DNA of 20,000 nt from Malacoraja senta (lineage: Eukaryota). Made by a program: the position numbers and the translations under genes. The notes under the pieces were generated by a model, which was not told where the DNA came from, ran no database searches, and worked only from the letters and a program-made list of their open reading frames with translations. Below, in pieces: positions 9,556 to 18,350 of this stretch (its first letter is position 1; each line of letters opens with the position of its first letter). The stretch lies in contig JAXLNO010000220.1 of the NCBI GenBank assembly GCA_038087875.1, forward strand, positions 51,569 through 71,568, given 5' to 3'.

Positions 9556-9681
9556 TCCTAGATATTTGGCCTCTTTGTGGTACATAGATACATAGATACA
9601 TAGAAATTAGGTGCAGGAGTAGGCCATTCGGCCCTTCGAGCCTGCACCGCCATTCAATACGATCATGGCTGATCATCCAAC

Positions 9682-12600
9682 TCAGTATCCCGTACCTGCC
9701 TTCTCTCCATACCCCCTGATCCCTTTAGCCACAAGGGCCACATCTAATTCCCTCTTAAATATAGCCAATGAACTGGCCTCAACTACCCTCTGTGGCAGAG
9801 AGTTCCAGAGATTCACCACTCTCTGTGTGAAAAAGTTTTTCCTCATCTCGGTCTTAAAGGATTTTCCCCTTATCCTTAAGCTGTGACCCCTTGTCCTGGA
9901 CTTCCCCAACATCGGGAACAATCTTCCTGCATCTAGCCTGTCCAACCCCATAAGAATCTTGTACGTTTCTATAAGATCCCCTCTCAATCTCCTAAATTCT
10001 AGCGAGTATAAGCCAAGTCTATCCAGTCTTTCTTCATATGAAAGTCCTGACATCCCAGGAATCAGTCTGGTGAACCTTCTCTGCACTCCCTCTATGGCTA
10101 TAATGTCCTTCCTCAGATTTGGAGACCAAAACTGTACGCAATACTCCAGGTGTGGTCTCACCAAGACCCTGTACAACTGCAGTAGAACCTCACTGCTCCT
10201 ATACTCAAATCCTCTTGCTATGAAGGCCAACATACCATTCGCTTTCTTCACTGCCTGCTGCACCTGCATGCCTACTTTCAATGACTGGTGTACCATGACA
10301 CCCAGGTCTCGCTGCATCTCCCCATTTCCTAATCGGCCACCATTTAGATAATAGTCTGCCTTCCCGTTTTTGCTACCAAAGTGGATAACCTCACATTTAT
10401 CCACATTATACTGCATCTGCCAAACATTTGCCCACTCACCCAGCCTATCCAAGTCACCTTGCAGTCTCCTAGCATCCTCCTCACAGCTAACACTGCCCCC
10501 CAGCTTAGTGTCATCCGCAAACTTGGAGATGCTGCTTTCAATTCCCTCGTCCAGATCATTAATATAAATTGTAAATAGCTGGGGTCCCAGCACTGAGCCT
10601 TGTGGTACCCCACTAGTCACTGCCTGCCATTGTGAAAAGGACCCGTTTACTCCTACTCTTTGCTTCCTGTTTGCCAGCCAGTTCTCTATCCACATCAATA
10701 CTGAACCCCCAATACCGTGTGATTTAAGTTTGTATCCTAATCTCTTATGTGGTACCTTGTCGAAAGCCTTCTGAAAGTCCAGATACAACACATCCACTGG
10801 TTCTCCCCTATCCACTCTACTAGTTACATCCTCGAAAAATTCTATAAGATTCGTCAGACACGATTTACCTTTCGTAAATCCATGCTGACTTTGTCCAATG
10901 ATTTCACCACTTTCCAAATGTGCTGCTATCCCATCTTTAATAACTGACTCTAGCAGTTTCCCCACTACCGATGTTAGACTAACTGGTCTGTAATTCCCCG
11001 TTTTCTCTCTCCCTCCCTTCTTAAAAAGTGGGGTTACGTTTGCTACCCTCCAATCCTCAGGAACTACTCCAGAATCTAAAGAGTTTTGAAAAATTATCAC
11101 TAATGCATCCACTATTTCTGGAGCTACTTCCTTAAGTACTCTGGGATGCAGCCTATCTGGCCCTGGTGATTTATCGGCCTTTAATCCATTCAATTTACCC
11201 AACACCACTTCCCGACTAACCTGGATTTCACTCAGTTCCTCCATCTCCTTTGACCCGCGGCCCCCTGCTATTTCCGGCAGATTATTTATGTCTTCCTTAG
11301 TGAAGACGGAACCAAAGTAGTTATTCAATTGGTCTGCCATATCCTTGTTCCCCATGATCAATTCACCTGTTTCTGACTGCAAGGGACCTACATTTGATTT
11401 AACTAATCTCTTTCTCTTCACATATCTATAAAAACTTTTGCAGTCAGTTTTTATGTTCCCTGCCAGTTTCCTTTCATAATCTATTTTCCCTTTCCTAATT
11501 AAGCCCTTTGTCCTCCTCTGCTGGTCTCTGAATTTCTCCCAGTCCTCTGGTATGCTGCTTTTTCTGGCTAATTTGTACGCATCATCTTTTGCTTTGATAC
11601 TATCCCTGATTTCCCTTGTTATCCACGGATGCACTACCTTCCTTGATTTATTCTTTTGCCAAACTGGGATGAACAATTTTTGTAGTTCATCCATGCAGTC
11701 TTTAAATGCCTTCCATTGCATATCCACCGTCAACCCTTTTAGAACTAATTGCCAGTCAATCTTGGCCAATTCATGTCTCATACCCTCAAAGTTACCTTTC
11801 TTTAAGTTCAGAACCGTTGTTTCTGAATTAACAATGTCACTCTCCATCCTAATGAAGAACTCAACCATATTATGATCACTCTTGCCCAAGGGGGCACGCA
11901 CAACGAGTCTGCTAACTAACCCTTCCTCATTACTCAAAACCCAGTCTAGAATAGCCTGCTCTCTCGTTGGTTCCTCTACATGTTGGTTTAGATAACTATC
12001 CCTCATACATTCCAAGAAATCCTCTTCCTCAGCACCCCTGCCAATTTGATTCACCCAATCTATATGTAGATTGAAGTCACCCATTATAACTGTTTTGCCT
12101 TTGTTGCACGCATTTCTAATTTCCTGTTTGATGCCATCCCCAACTTCACTACTACTGCTAGGTGGCCTGTACACAACGCCCACCAGCGTTTTCTGCCCCT
12201 TAGTGTTTCGCAGCTCTACCCATACCGATTCCACATCCTCCAAGCTAATGTCCTTCCTTTCCACTGCGTTAATCTCCTCTCTAACCAGCAACGCCACCCC
12301 ACCTCCTTTTCCTTTCTCTCTATCCCTCCTGAATATTGAATATCCCTGGATGTTCAGCTCCCAGCCTTGGTCACCTTGGAGCCATGTCTCCGTGATCCCA
12401 ACTATATCATAATCATTAATTGCTATCTGCACGTTCAACTCATCCACCTTATTACGAATGCTCCTTGCATTGAGACACAAAGCCTTCAGACTTGTTTTTA
12501 CAACGCTCTTACCCCTTATACAATTATGTTGAAAAGTGGCTCTTTTTGATTTTTGTCCTGGATTTGTCTGCCTGCCACTTTTACCTTTCACCTTGCTACC

Positions 12601-12807
12601 TATTGCTTCCGCCCGCATTTTACACCCCTCTGTTTCTCTGCTCACCCATTTAAGAACCCCACCACCTCTTATTCTCTGTTTATTATTGTTTTCTTCTTTC
12701 CCCCCTACATGTTGGGTCTGAGTGCTTTCCTTCTCTGCCTCCTGCCTCACACACTGTCTAATAGCATTCTCTATTTGAGTCCCTCCCCCCAACCATTCTA
12801 GTTTAAA
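9682..12807 (-). CDS. CR1 ORF2: APE endonuclease plus reverse transcriptase (frame open from the slippery site at 12807; first downstream ATG at 12618 gives 978 aa)
   Basis: EN motifs LNARS, GITETWL, VYRPP, GDFN, ILD, SDH. RT motifs NYRPVSL, QHGF, LDFQKAFD, GVPQGSVLGP, KFADD, DLGV. C-terminal TRGH and WNSLP. No stops. Confidence 0.97.
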   Translation of the reverse strand, partial: FKLEWLGGGTQIENAIRQCVRQEAEKESTQTQHVGGKEENNNKQRIRGGGVLKWVSRETEGCKMRAEAIGSKVKGKSGRQTNPGQKSKRATFQHNCIRGKSVVKTSLKALCLNARSIRNKVDELNVQIAINDYDIVGITETWLQGDQGWELNIQGYSIFRRDREKGKGGGVALLVREEINAVERKDISLEDVESVWVELRNTKGQKTLVGVVYRPPSSSSEVGDGIKQEIRNACNKGKTVIMGDFNLHIDWVNQIGRGAEEEDFLECMRDSYLNQHVEEPTREQAILDWVLSNEEGLVSRLVVRAPLGKSDHNMVEFFIRMESDIVNSETTVLNLKKGNFEGMRHELAKIDWQLVLKGLTVDMQWKAFKDCMDELQKLFIPVWQKNKSRKVVHPWITREIRDSIKAKDDAYKLARKSSIPEDWEKFRDQQRRTKGLIRKGKIDYERKLAGNIKTDCKSFYRYVKRKRLVKSNVGPLQSETGELIMGNKDMADQLNNYFGSVFTKEDINNLPEIAGGRGSKEMEELSEIQVSREVVLGKLNGLKADKSPGPDRLHPRVLKEVAPEIVDALVIIFQNSLDSGVVPEDWRVANVTPLFKKGGREKTGNYRPVSLTSVVGKLLESVIKDGIAAHLESGEIIGQSQHGFTKGKSCLTNLIEFFEDVTSRVDRGEPVDVLYLDFQKAFDKVPHKRLGYKLKSHGIGGSVLMWIENWLANRKQRVGVNGSFSQWQAVTSGVPQGSVLGPQLFTIYINDLDEGIESSISKFADDTKLGGSVSCEEDARRLQGDLDRLGEWANVWQMQYNVDKCEVIHFGSKNGKADYYLNGGRLGNGEMQRDLGVMVHQSLKVGMQVQQAVKKANGMLAFIARGFEYRSSEVLLQLYRVLVRPHLEYCVQFWSPNLRKDIIAIEGVQRRFTRLIPGMSGLSYEERLDRLGLYSLEFRRLRGDLIETYKILMGLDRLDAGRLFPMLGKSRTRGHSLRIRGKSFKTEMRKNFFTQRVVNLWNSLPQRVVEASSLAIFKRELDVALVAKGIRGYGEKAGTGY
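12798..12807 (-). promoter_or_regulatory. Candidate -1 ribosomal frameshift site U_UUA_AAC followed by UAG
   Basis: ORF1 reads ACT TTA AAC TAG. The -1 frame reads TTT AAA CTA GAA and is the ORF2 frame. Confidence 0.6.
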
Positions 12808-13397
12808 GTCTCCCCAGTAGCCTTTGCAGATCTCCCCGCCAGGATATCGGTCCCCCTCAGGTTCAAGTGCAACCCATCCTTTTTGTACAGGTCGAACCTT
12901 CCACAAAAGAAGTCCCAATGATCCAGAAATTTGAATCCCTGCCTTCTGCACCAGTCCTTCAGCCACGCATTTATCCTCCACCTCGCTCCATTCCTACTCT
13001 CACTGTCGCGTGGCACAGGCAGTAATCCCGAGATTGTTACCTTTGCTGTCCTTCTCTTTAACTCCCCTCCTAACTCCCTAAATTCTCCTTTCAGGACCTC
13101 TTCTCTTTTTTTACCTATGTCATTGGTACCTATATGTATCACGACCTCGGGCTCCTCTCCCTGCCCTTTCAGGATGTCTTGGACACGTTGGGACACATCA
13201 CAGACCCTGGCACCAGGGAGGCAAACTACCATCCGGGTCTCCCGACTGCATCCACAGAATCGCCTGTCTGACCCCCTAACTATAGAGTCCCCTATTAATA
13301 TTGCCCTCCTCTTCTTTTCCTTACCCTTCTGAGCAACAGGACCGGTCTCTATACCGGAGGCCCGGCCGCTGTCGCTACCCCCAGGTAGGCTGTCCAC
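12798..13397 (-). CDS. CR1 ORF1, SGNH/GDSL esterase-like domain (N-terminus lost by truncation)
   Basis: IGDSIVRG, CLPGA, IHIGTNDI and DGLHL match SGNH blocks I, II, III and V, as known for esterase-type ORF1p of CR1/L2 elements. Confidence 0.93.
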   Translation of the reverse strand: MDSLPGGSDSGRASGIETGPVAQKGKEKKRRAILIGDSIVRGSDRRFCGCSRETRMVVCLPGARVCDVSQRVQDILKGQGEEPEVVIHIGTNDIGKKREEVLKGEFRELGGELKRRTAKVTISGLLPVPRDSESRNGARWRINAWLKDWCRRQGFKFLDHWDFFCGRFDLYKKDGLHLNLRGTDILAGRSAKATGETLN

Positions 13398-14181
13398 CCC
13401 AACAGTGCGTCCACCCCATGTTTTACAACCGATTCACCTGGTTAGTTCCACCTCTGGCTACTTCATGTTGTCAGTGGCTACACATCCAACCAAGAAAGAA
13501 GAGAAGAGAAGAGATGCAACGTCACTCACCGCCGCCAACTGACGCGCTTCCCCAGACTGCACAGATCGCTGTGATGTGGCGCAAAGAGACAAACTGTGCA
13601 GGGACTGAAGACAGCGTGAGAATTCTGTCATCAGCGTGAGAGCGTGAGAACAGGCTGAAATGCGTGACTCTCACGCTCAAAGCGTGAGAGTTGGCAGCCC
13701 TGATGGATGGAAGCTGGTTCCAACTATTGACAGGATATAAGTCTAGAATGTTAGGGGGATGGATATTGCCTCCCAATTTACACAACATCACAAACCCTTG
13801 ATCTCCCTATTCCATGAAATTGCTTTCCTCACGAGTTCAAAAATGGGCTTTGACCTTGAAGGCATATGAATGTACTATTATTTTCAAAACCAAGGAAACA
13901 CAAATGATGGTTGTTCTTCCCCAAACCTACAGGGGACAAGGAGCCTTTGGGGTGTATTTGGTGTCCCCGTTTTGATCTTTAGCAGATGCCATTTTCATTG
14001 ATCTGTGTAAGAGCTTTGTCTGCAAACACACGCGCTCAAAGGAAGCAAAGAAAATAAACAAACTTTCCAGCGGACAAAGATCAGCTTTCTTTTTCGTTGT
14101 CTGTTTCGCACCACGCATATTTAAATTCAGAATGATTGGACAACAGTTGTTATCAAATTTCTGAAAAGGGTTTTAATGGAT

Positions 14182-14563
14182 ATAGAAAACATAGAAACAT
14201 AGAAAATAGGTTCAAGAGGCCATTCGGCCCTTCGAGCCAGCACCGCCATTCATTGTGATCATGGCTGATCATCCACAATCAGTAACCCGTGCCTGCCTTC
14301 TCCCCATATCCCTTGATTCCGCTAGCCTCTAGAGCTCTATCTAACACACTTTTAAATTCATCCAGTGAATTGGCCTCCACTGCCTTCTGAGGCCGAGAAC
14401 TCCACAAATTCACAACTCTCTGGGTGAAAAATTCTCATCTCAATTTTAAATGGCCTCCCCTTTATTCTTAGACTGTGGCCCCTGGTTCTGGAATCCCCCA
14501 ACAATGGGAAAAAATTTCCTGCATCCAGCTTGTCCAGTCCTTTTATAATTTTATATGTTTCTA
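14182..14563 (-). mobile_element. CR1 3' fragment
   Basis: (TTTCTATG)n tail, ggccattcggcc hairpin and degenerate ORF2 C-terminus. Confidence 0.93.
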
Positions 14564-14800
14564 ATACTGGAATGTAGCAGCCAGTTTCCTGAACTGATAA
14601 GCCAAAATCCTCAGGATGACCCAGATATGGTTTAAGCTGGCTTGATTAAACCTACTGAAGTACGTTACGGAAAAGCTTGGCATCAGGAACTACAGCTCCC
14701 ACCAGTCTCCAGATGGCAAAAGCCAAGCAAGCTTCTGGGAGAGCAGCAACAAGCTCAAACCCCTTGTTTCCATTTTATTATCAAATTGCATGCTTGTACC

Positions 14801-14883
14801 TGTGTAGGAAGGACCTGCAGATGCTGGTTTACACCAAAGATAGACACAAAATGTTGAGTTACTCTAGCAGTTTGTGTCTTCTC
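14801..14883. mobile_element. Internally deleted Penelope-derived hairpin element
   Basis: gtaggaagga.ctgcagatgctggttt..gatagacacaaa..gagttactc..tttgtgtct, flanked by TTGCATG(C/T)TTGTACCTGT at 14786-14803 and 14884-14901. Confidence 0.8.
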
Positions 14884-15159
14884 TTGCATGTTTGTACCTG
14901 TTCTATTTCCCATCAAACAAAGCCTCTCTTAAATTTCCAGCTATTTTGTTTTGCACTTCCATCTAATGCAGTTTTGGAAAAAAGACTCAGGTATATTTTC
15001 TTCAAGGCACTGCACCTCAGGAAGGTTTGTGAGCCTATGGAAGTCGTGCATCTCAGAGTCACTGATCTGGCACTAGAGTTCAATGGGCTAACCTTTAAAG
15101 ACGGGTTGCTTAAATTTGCCTGGTATTCCCCGCAGTTGTAAGGTTGAATATTAATCTAA

Positions 15160-15605
15160 ATGGGGGGTTCAAAGAAACAAAACATTTCAGGCGGGGGATA
15201 CAGGGGATTTATTCCCTCTGGTTTGGAACCAAGGATATAAAATGAGAACAAGATCATTCAGAAATGTAGAAAGGAATTGTGTCGGAAGGAACTGCAGATG
15301 CTGGTTTAAACCAAAGCTAGACACAAAAAGCTGAAGTAACTCAGTGGGTCAGGCAGCATCTGTGGTGAAAAGGAATAGGTAACATTCCGGGTCTGAAGAA
15401 GGGTCTCAACACGAAACAACACCGATTCCGTTTCTCCAGAGATGCTGCCTGACCCACTGAGTTATCCAGCTTTTTGTGTCTATCTTCTGTAGAAAGGAAT
15501 TATCGGTCTACCTACCAGATAGAACGAGCCTGAAACTCTCCTCAAAGAAAGTAGCAGGTGCGGAGTTAAATGACATTTTCAAGACCGAGATCCTTTTTTT
15601 TTGTA
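15160..15605 (+). mobile_element. Highly degenerate CR1 3' fragment hosting a Penelope hairpin
   Basis: Remnants such as ttattccctctggt and ..cattttcaagaccgagat resemble the CR1 ORF2 end. Confidence 0.4.
15279..15487. mobile_element. Penelope-derived hairpin element with hammerhead-like core
   Basis: Inverted arms (~15318-15385 and ~15420-15482). CTGAAGA..GAAA at 15393-15416. Exact 14-bp TSD TGTAGAAAGGAATT at 15265-15278 and 15488-15501. Confidence 0.9.
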
Positions 15606-15627
15606 TGACTATCAATGATGTAGAATA

Positions 15628-15740
15628 AACATAGGAAATCGTACAGTGCAGCACAGGAACACATCCTTCAGCCCACCATGTCTATGCCAAACATGCTCAG
15701 CACATCTCCTTTAAACGTTGCCCCTCTTGCCTTAAAGCTA
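15628..15740 (-). mobile_element. Old CR1 3' fragment
   Basis: cagcacaggaac..ccttcagcccaccatgtct.tgcc..cccctct..ccttaaa. Confidence 0.55.
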
Positions 15741-15749
15741 AAGCACCAG

Positions 15750-15960
15750 ATGGAGGAACGAAGTGGGTCAAGCTACACCTGTGAAGGCAAACACATGCCT
15801 CATGTTTCAAGTTAAAATTCTGCATCCGGACTGAGTGCAGAAGGGAAGTAGCTAGTACAGAGAAGTGAGAGGGAGGAAGAAGGCAGAGGCTTGTCGGTAT
15901 TAGGTGGAATCAGATGAGGGGGGACGATATTGGCAGATGGAGCCAGGTGGGGAAGGGGGA
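15750..15960 (-). mobile_element. Old Penelope 3' UTR remnant
   Basis: tggaggaac..gggtca..catgtttc..ggactgag followed by a purine-rich tract; loosely the reverse complement of the 4020-4220 architecture. Confidence 0.45.
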
Positions 15961-16196
15961 TCTTAAATCTGGCACTAAGCTTATGGTCCAGTGGGCAGCA
16001 GCAACCCTACCTCCTCTGAATGCTTCTAATGGAAATAGGGAATACTTAAGTTAAGCTACTCGAGAGACACCATTACAACGTCCCCACAAAATCTTCCAAA
16101 TCTACTGACAGGGCAAATGAACTAACATCTATGTCCTCTGCAGGACCAAAATCCCCAACACTGAAGCTCTAATTATATTCAGTCCACTATGCTAAG

Positions 16197-16458
16197 CATA
16201 TAACCATATAACAATTACAGCACGGAAACAGGCCATCTCGGCCCTTCTAGTCCGTGCCGAACACTTACTCTCACCTGGTCCCATCTACCTGCACTCAGAC
16301 CATAACCCTCCATTCCTTTCCCGTCCATATACCTATCCAATTTATTTTTAAATGATAAAAACTAACCAGCCTCCACCACTTCCACTTGTAACTCATTCCA
16401 CACAGCTACCACTCTCTGAGTAAAGAAGTCCCCCCTCATGTTACCCCTAAACTTCTGT
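16197..16458 (-). mobile_element. CR1 3' fragment, (GTTATATG)n-tail subfamily
   Basis: catataaccatataac tail, cagcacggaaacaggcc, and ..cattccacacagctaccactctctgagtaaagaag (FFTQRVVAVWNEL-like on the minus strand). Confidence 0.88.
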
Positions 16459-16964
16459 TTAACATTATCCATTAACATTAACTTTTACCTGAATGATCCT
16501 AACTGACCAAATTTCCAGCAATCTATTTCAGATTTCCAACAACTGCTGTTTTTTTTGTTGTAATTTTTGTCATTTTCCCCTCATACTTTCTTTAACAATT
16601 GTTCCTTAGATCTAGCATGTTTTATTTCCGACATGCACGAGCTGATCACAAGACATGAAGAGATGGGGGGGGGGGGGGGAGGGGGGTTAGGATTACAAGC
16701 CACTTACTGTCAAGCTTCATAGTATTATACACATAATGAATCTGTTGCAATGTTGCCAGTTGCCATGCTGTTGTGGTTGTTAGCGGTCTTTGTTGAGAAA
16801 TGAGAGACGCGTGTTTTTGGCAGCCCAAACAAGAAAGGAATCAAGAACCCTAAGGAGTGTGGCGGGGAATCTTCCAGTCACAGCCAGCAATGAACTTCTC
16901 AAACCAAGGTCACTGGCATTTCCACAAAGCGTGCCAACAGAACATGGACCAGACGACCATCCAT

Positions 16965-17148
16965 TGATCTGGTATTGTTGGTTCATATGCTTGATCAATG
17001 GTGTTTTATCATTAATGTTTTATTATTATTATTATTATTAATGTTTAGTGTTTTCTGAGTCATTCGTAACTGTCACTGTATGTCATGTTGTTACTTGTGG
17101 GCGGAGCACCAAGGCAAATTCCTTGTATGTGAATACTGACTTACTTAT
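16965..17148 (+). mobile_element. LINE 3' UTR fragment (Rex1/Babar-like) containing (TTA)n
   Basis: ..ggagcaccaaggcaaattccttgtatgtgaatact..(CTTA)n tail. Assigned from recall only. Confidence 0.5.
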
Positions 17149-17597
17149 ATTACTTGTCACCATCCTGGGGGGTAGAGGGGGACACGTCCCCCCCATGCTT
17201 TGAGAGGTGGGGGACAACCCCCCTCCCCCCCATGTTTTGTCATCCGGACTTTATCAGCCGCTTTCTAAGGGCTGAGTCGGCCCGATCGCGGGGCCTTTCA
17301 GCACCCGTCGCGGCTTAAAATCAAACTGCTGCATGGAGGCGATCAAGGCTCCCGATGTTGAAGCCTCCGCCGGCCGATGAAAGACCCCGTGAACGGGCCG
17401 ATTCCAGCCCACGGCCGAAGCCTCGCAGTAATGCATCTCGCTCTCTCCTCCAGCCCAGCCCAGCGCCGCTTGACTCGGGGGTGATTCGGTTCAGCGTGGA
17501 GTCGGGGCCTGATGAGCAGAGGGATCGGGACAGGGTCACCACCAGGGATGTGGTTCTCTATCTGGAAGGCGGAGGGTTTGCTGCAGCTGCTGGCAGG

Positions 17598-17603
<6 letters not shown>

Positions 17604-17628
<25 letters not shown>
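17604..17628 (+). repeat. (AG)n microsatellite
   Basis: About 12 AG units. Confidence 0.95.
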
Positions 17629-17644
17629 GCCACTCGGCCCGTGT

Positions 17645-17715
17645 GTTGCTGCTGTCTCACAGCGCCAGGGACACGGGTTTAGACCCTGACTCCGGGCGCT
17701 GTCTGCACGGAGTCT
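17645..17715 (+). mobile_element. V-SINE head fragment
   Basis: gctg.ctcacagcgccaggga..cgggtt..a.cctgac..cggg.gctgtctg.acggagt matches the 5' part of the SINEs at 1150 and 3064. Confidence 0.7.
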
Positions 17716-17876
17716 TTTTCTCCCCACTAGCGCCTCGTCTGATGTTGATCTCACTCTTGCTGCTGAACAGACCGAGCACCAGCACCGAGCGCTCACTCCA
17801 CCACCTCTCTCGCTTAAGTTTATTTTGACAGTGGGTCTCCACAGGGACCACGGCTGAAGCCTCCGTAGCCTCGCGC

Positions 17877-18077
<201 letters not shown>

Positions 18078-18350
18078 CGTCCCCCCCGGTTCCCCCCCCC
18101 CCCGGTCCCCCCCATGTTTTGATAGCGATTTCCGTGCCTGCTCACAAGTATAGCAACCAGCAAGTATTTGCTCGTGTGCAGCTGCATGCAGGCTGTGGCT
18201 CAATACTGGATAGGCAGAGTTAAGGCAAATACATTCAGCCAATTACAAACTACAATTAACAAAATAAATAATTTTCCTCGTTTTTTGTTCCTAAAACAAA
18301 TATATGTATTTCCCATCTTTTGTATGTCTCTGTTTTAAAGTAACTTAATA

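Larger units (their letters stand above)
9581..13406 (-). mobile_element. CR1 LINE, young, 5'-truncated inside ORF1
   Basis: ORF1 esterase part, intact ORF2, 3' UTR hairpin and (TATCTATG)n tail. No TSD seen. Confidence 0.98.
5724..13702. mobile_element. Candidate composite non-autonomous DNA transposon (CAGGG termini, 7-bp TSD; P- or hAT-like)
   Basis: Left end CAGGGCTGGCAAC (5724-5736). Right end GTTGGCAGCCCTG (13690-13702), a 12/13 inverted match. ATGGATG lies directly outside both ends (5717-5723, 13703-13709). Subterminal G(C/G/A)GTGAGA motifs occur at both ends. Confidence 0.65.

Noticed and set aside
12808..12981. First 58 codons of the listed 1099-aa ORF as the true ORF2 N-terminus
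   Set aside because: They overlap the ORF1 esterase in another frame and show no domain features. Entry by frameshift at 12807 or at the ATG at 12618 is more plausible, though not proven.
9665..13332. Many plus-strand ORFs such as MADHPTQYPVPAF..
   Set aside because: They are antisense shadows of CR1 coding sequence and recur in every copy.
13927..14118. 63-aa minus-strand ORF as a host exon
   Set aside because: No recognisable homology and no convincing splice-site pair.
16665..16686. Poly-G tract as a functional G-quadruplex
   Set aside because: An isolated homopolymer with no supporting context.
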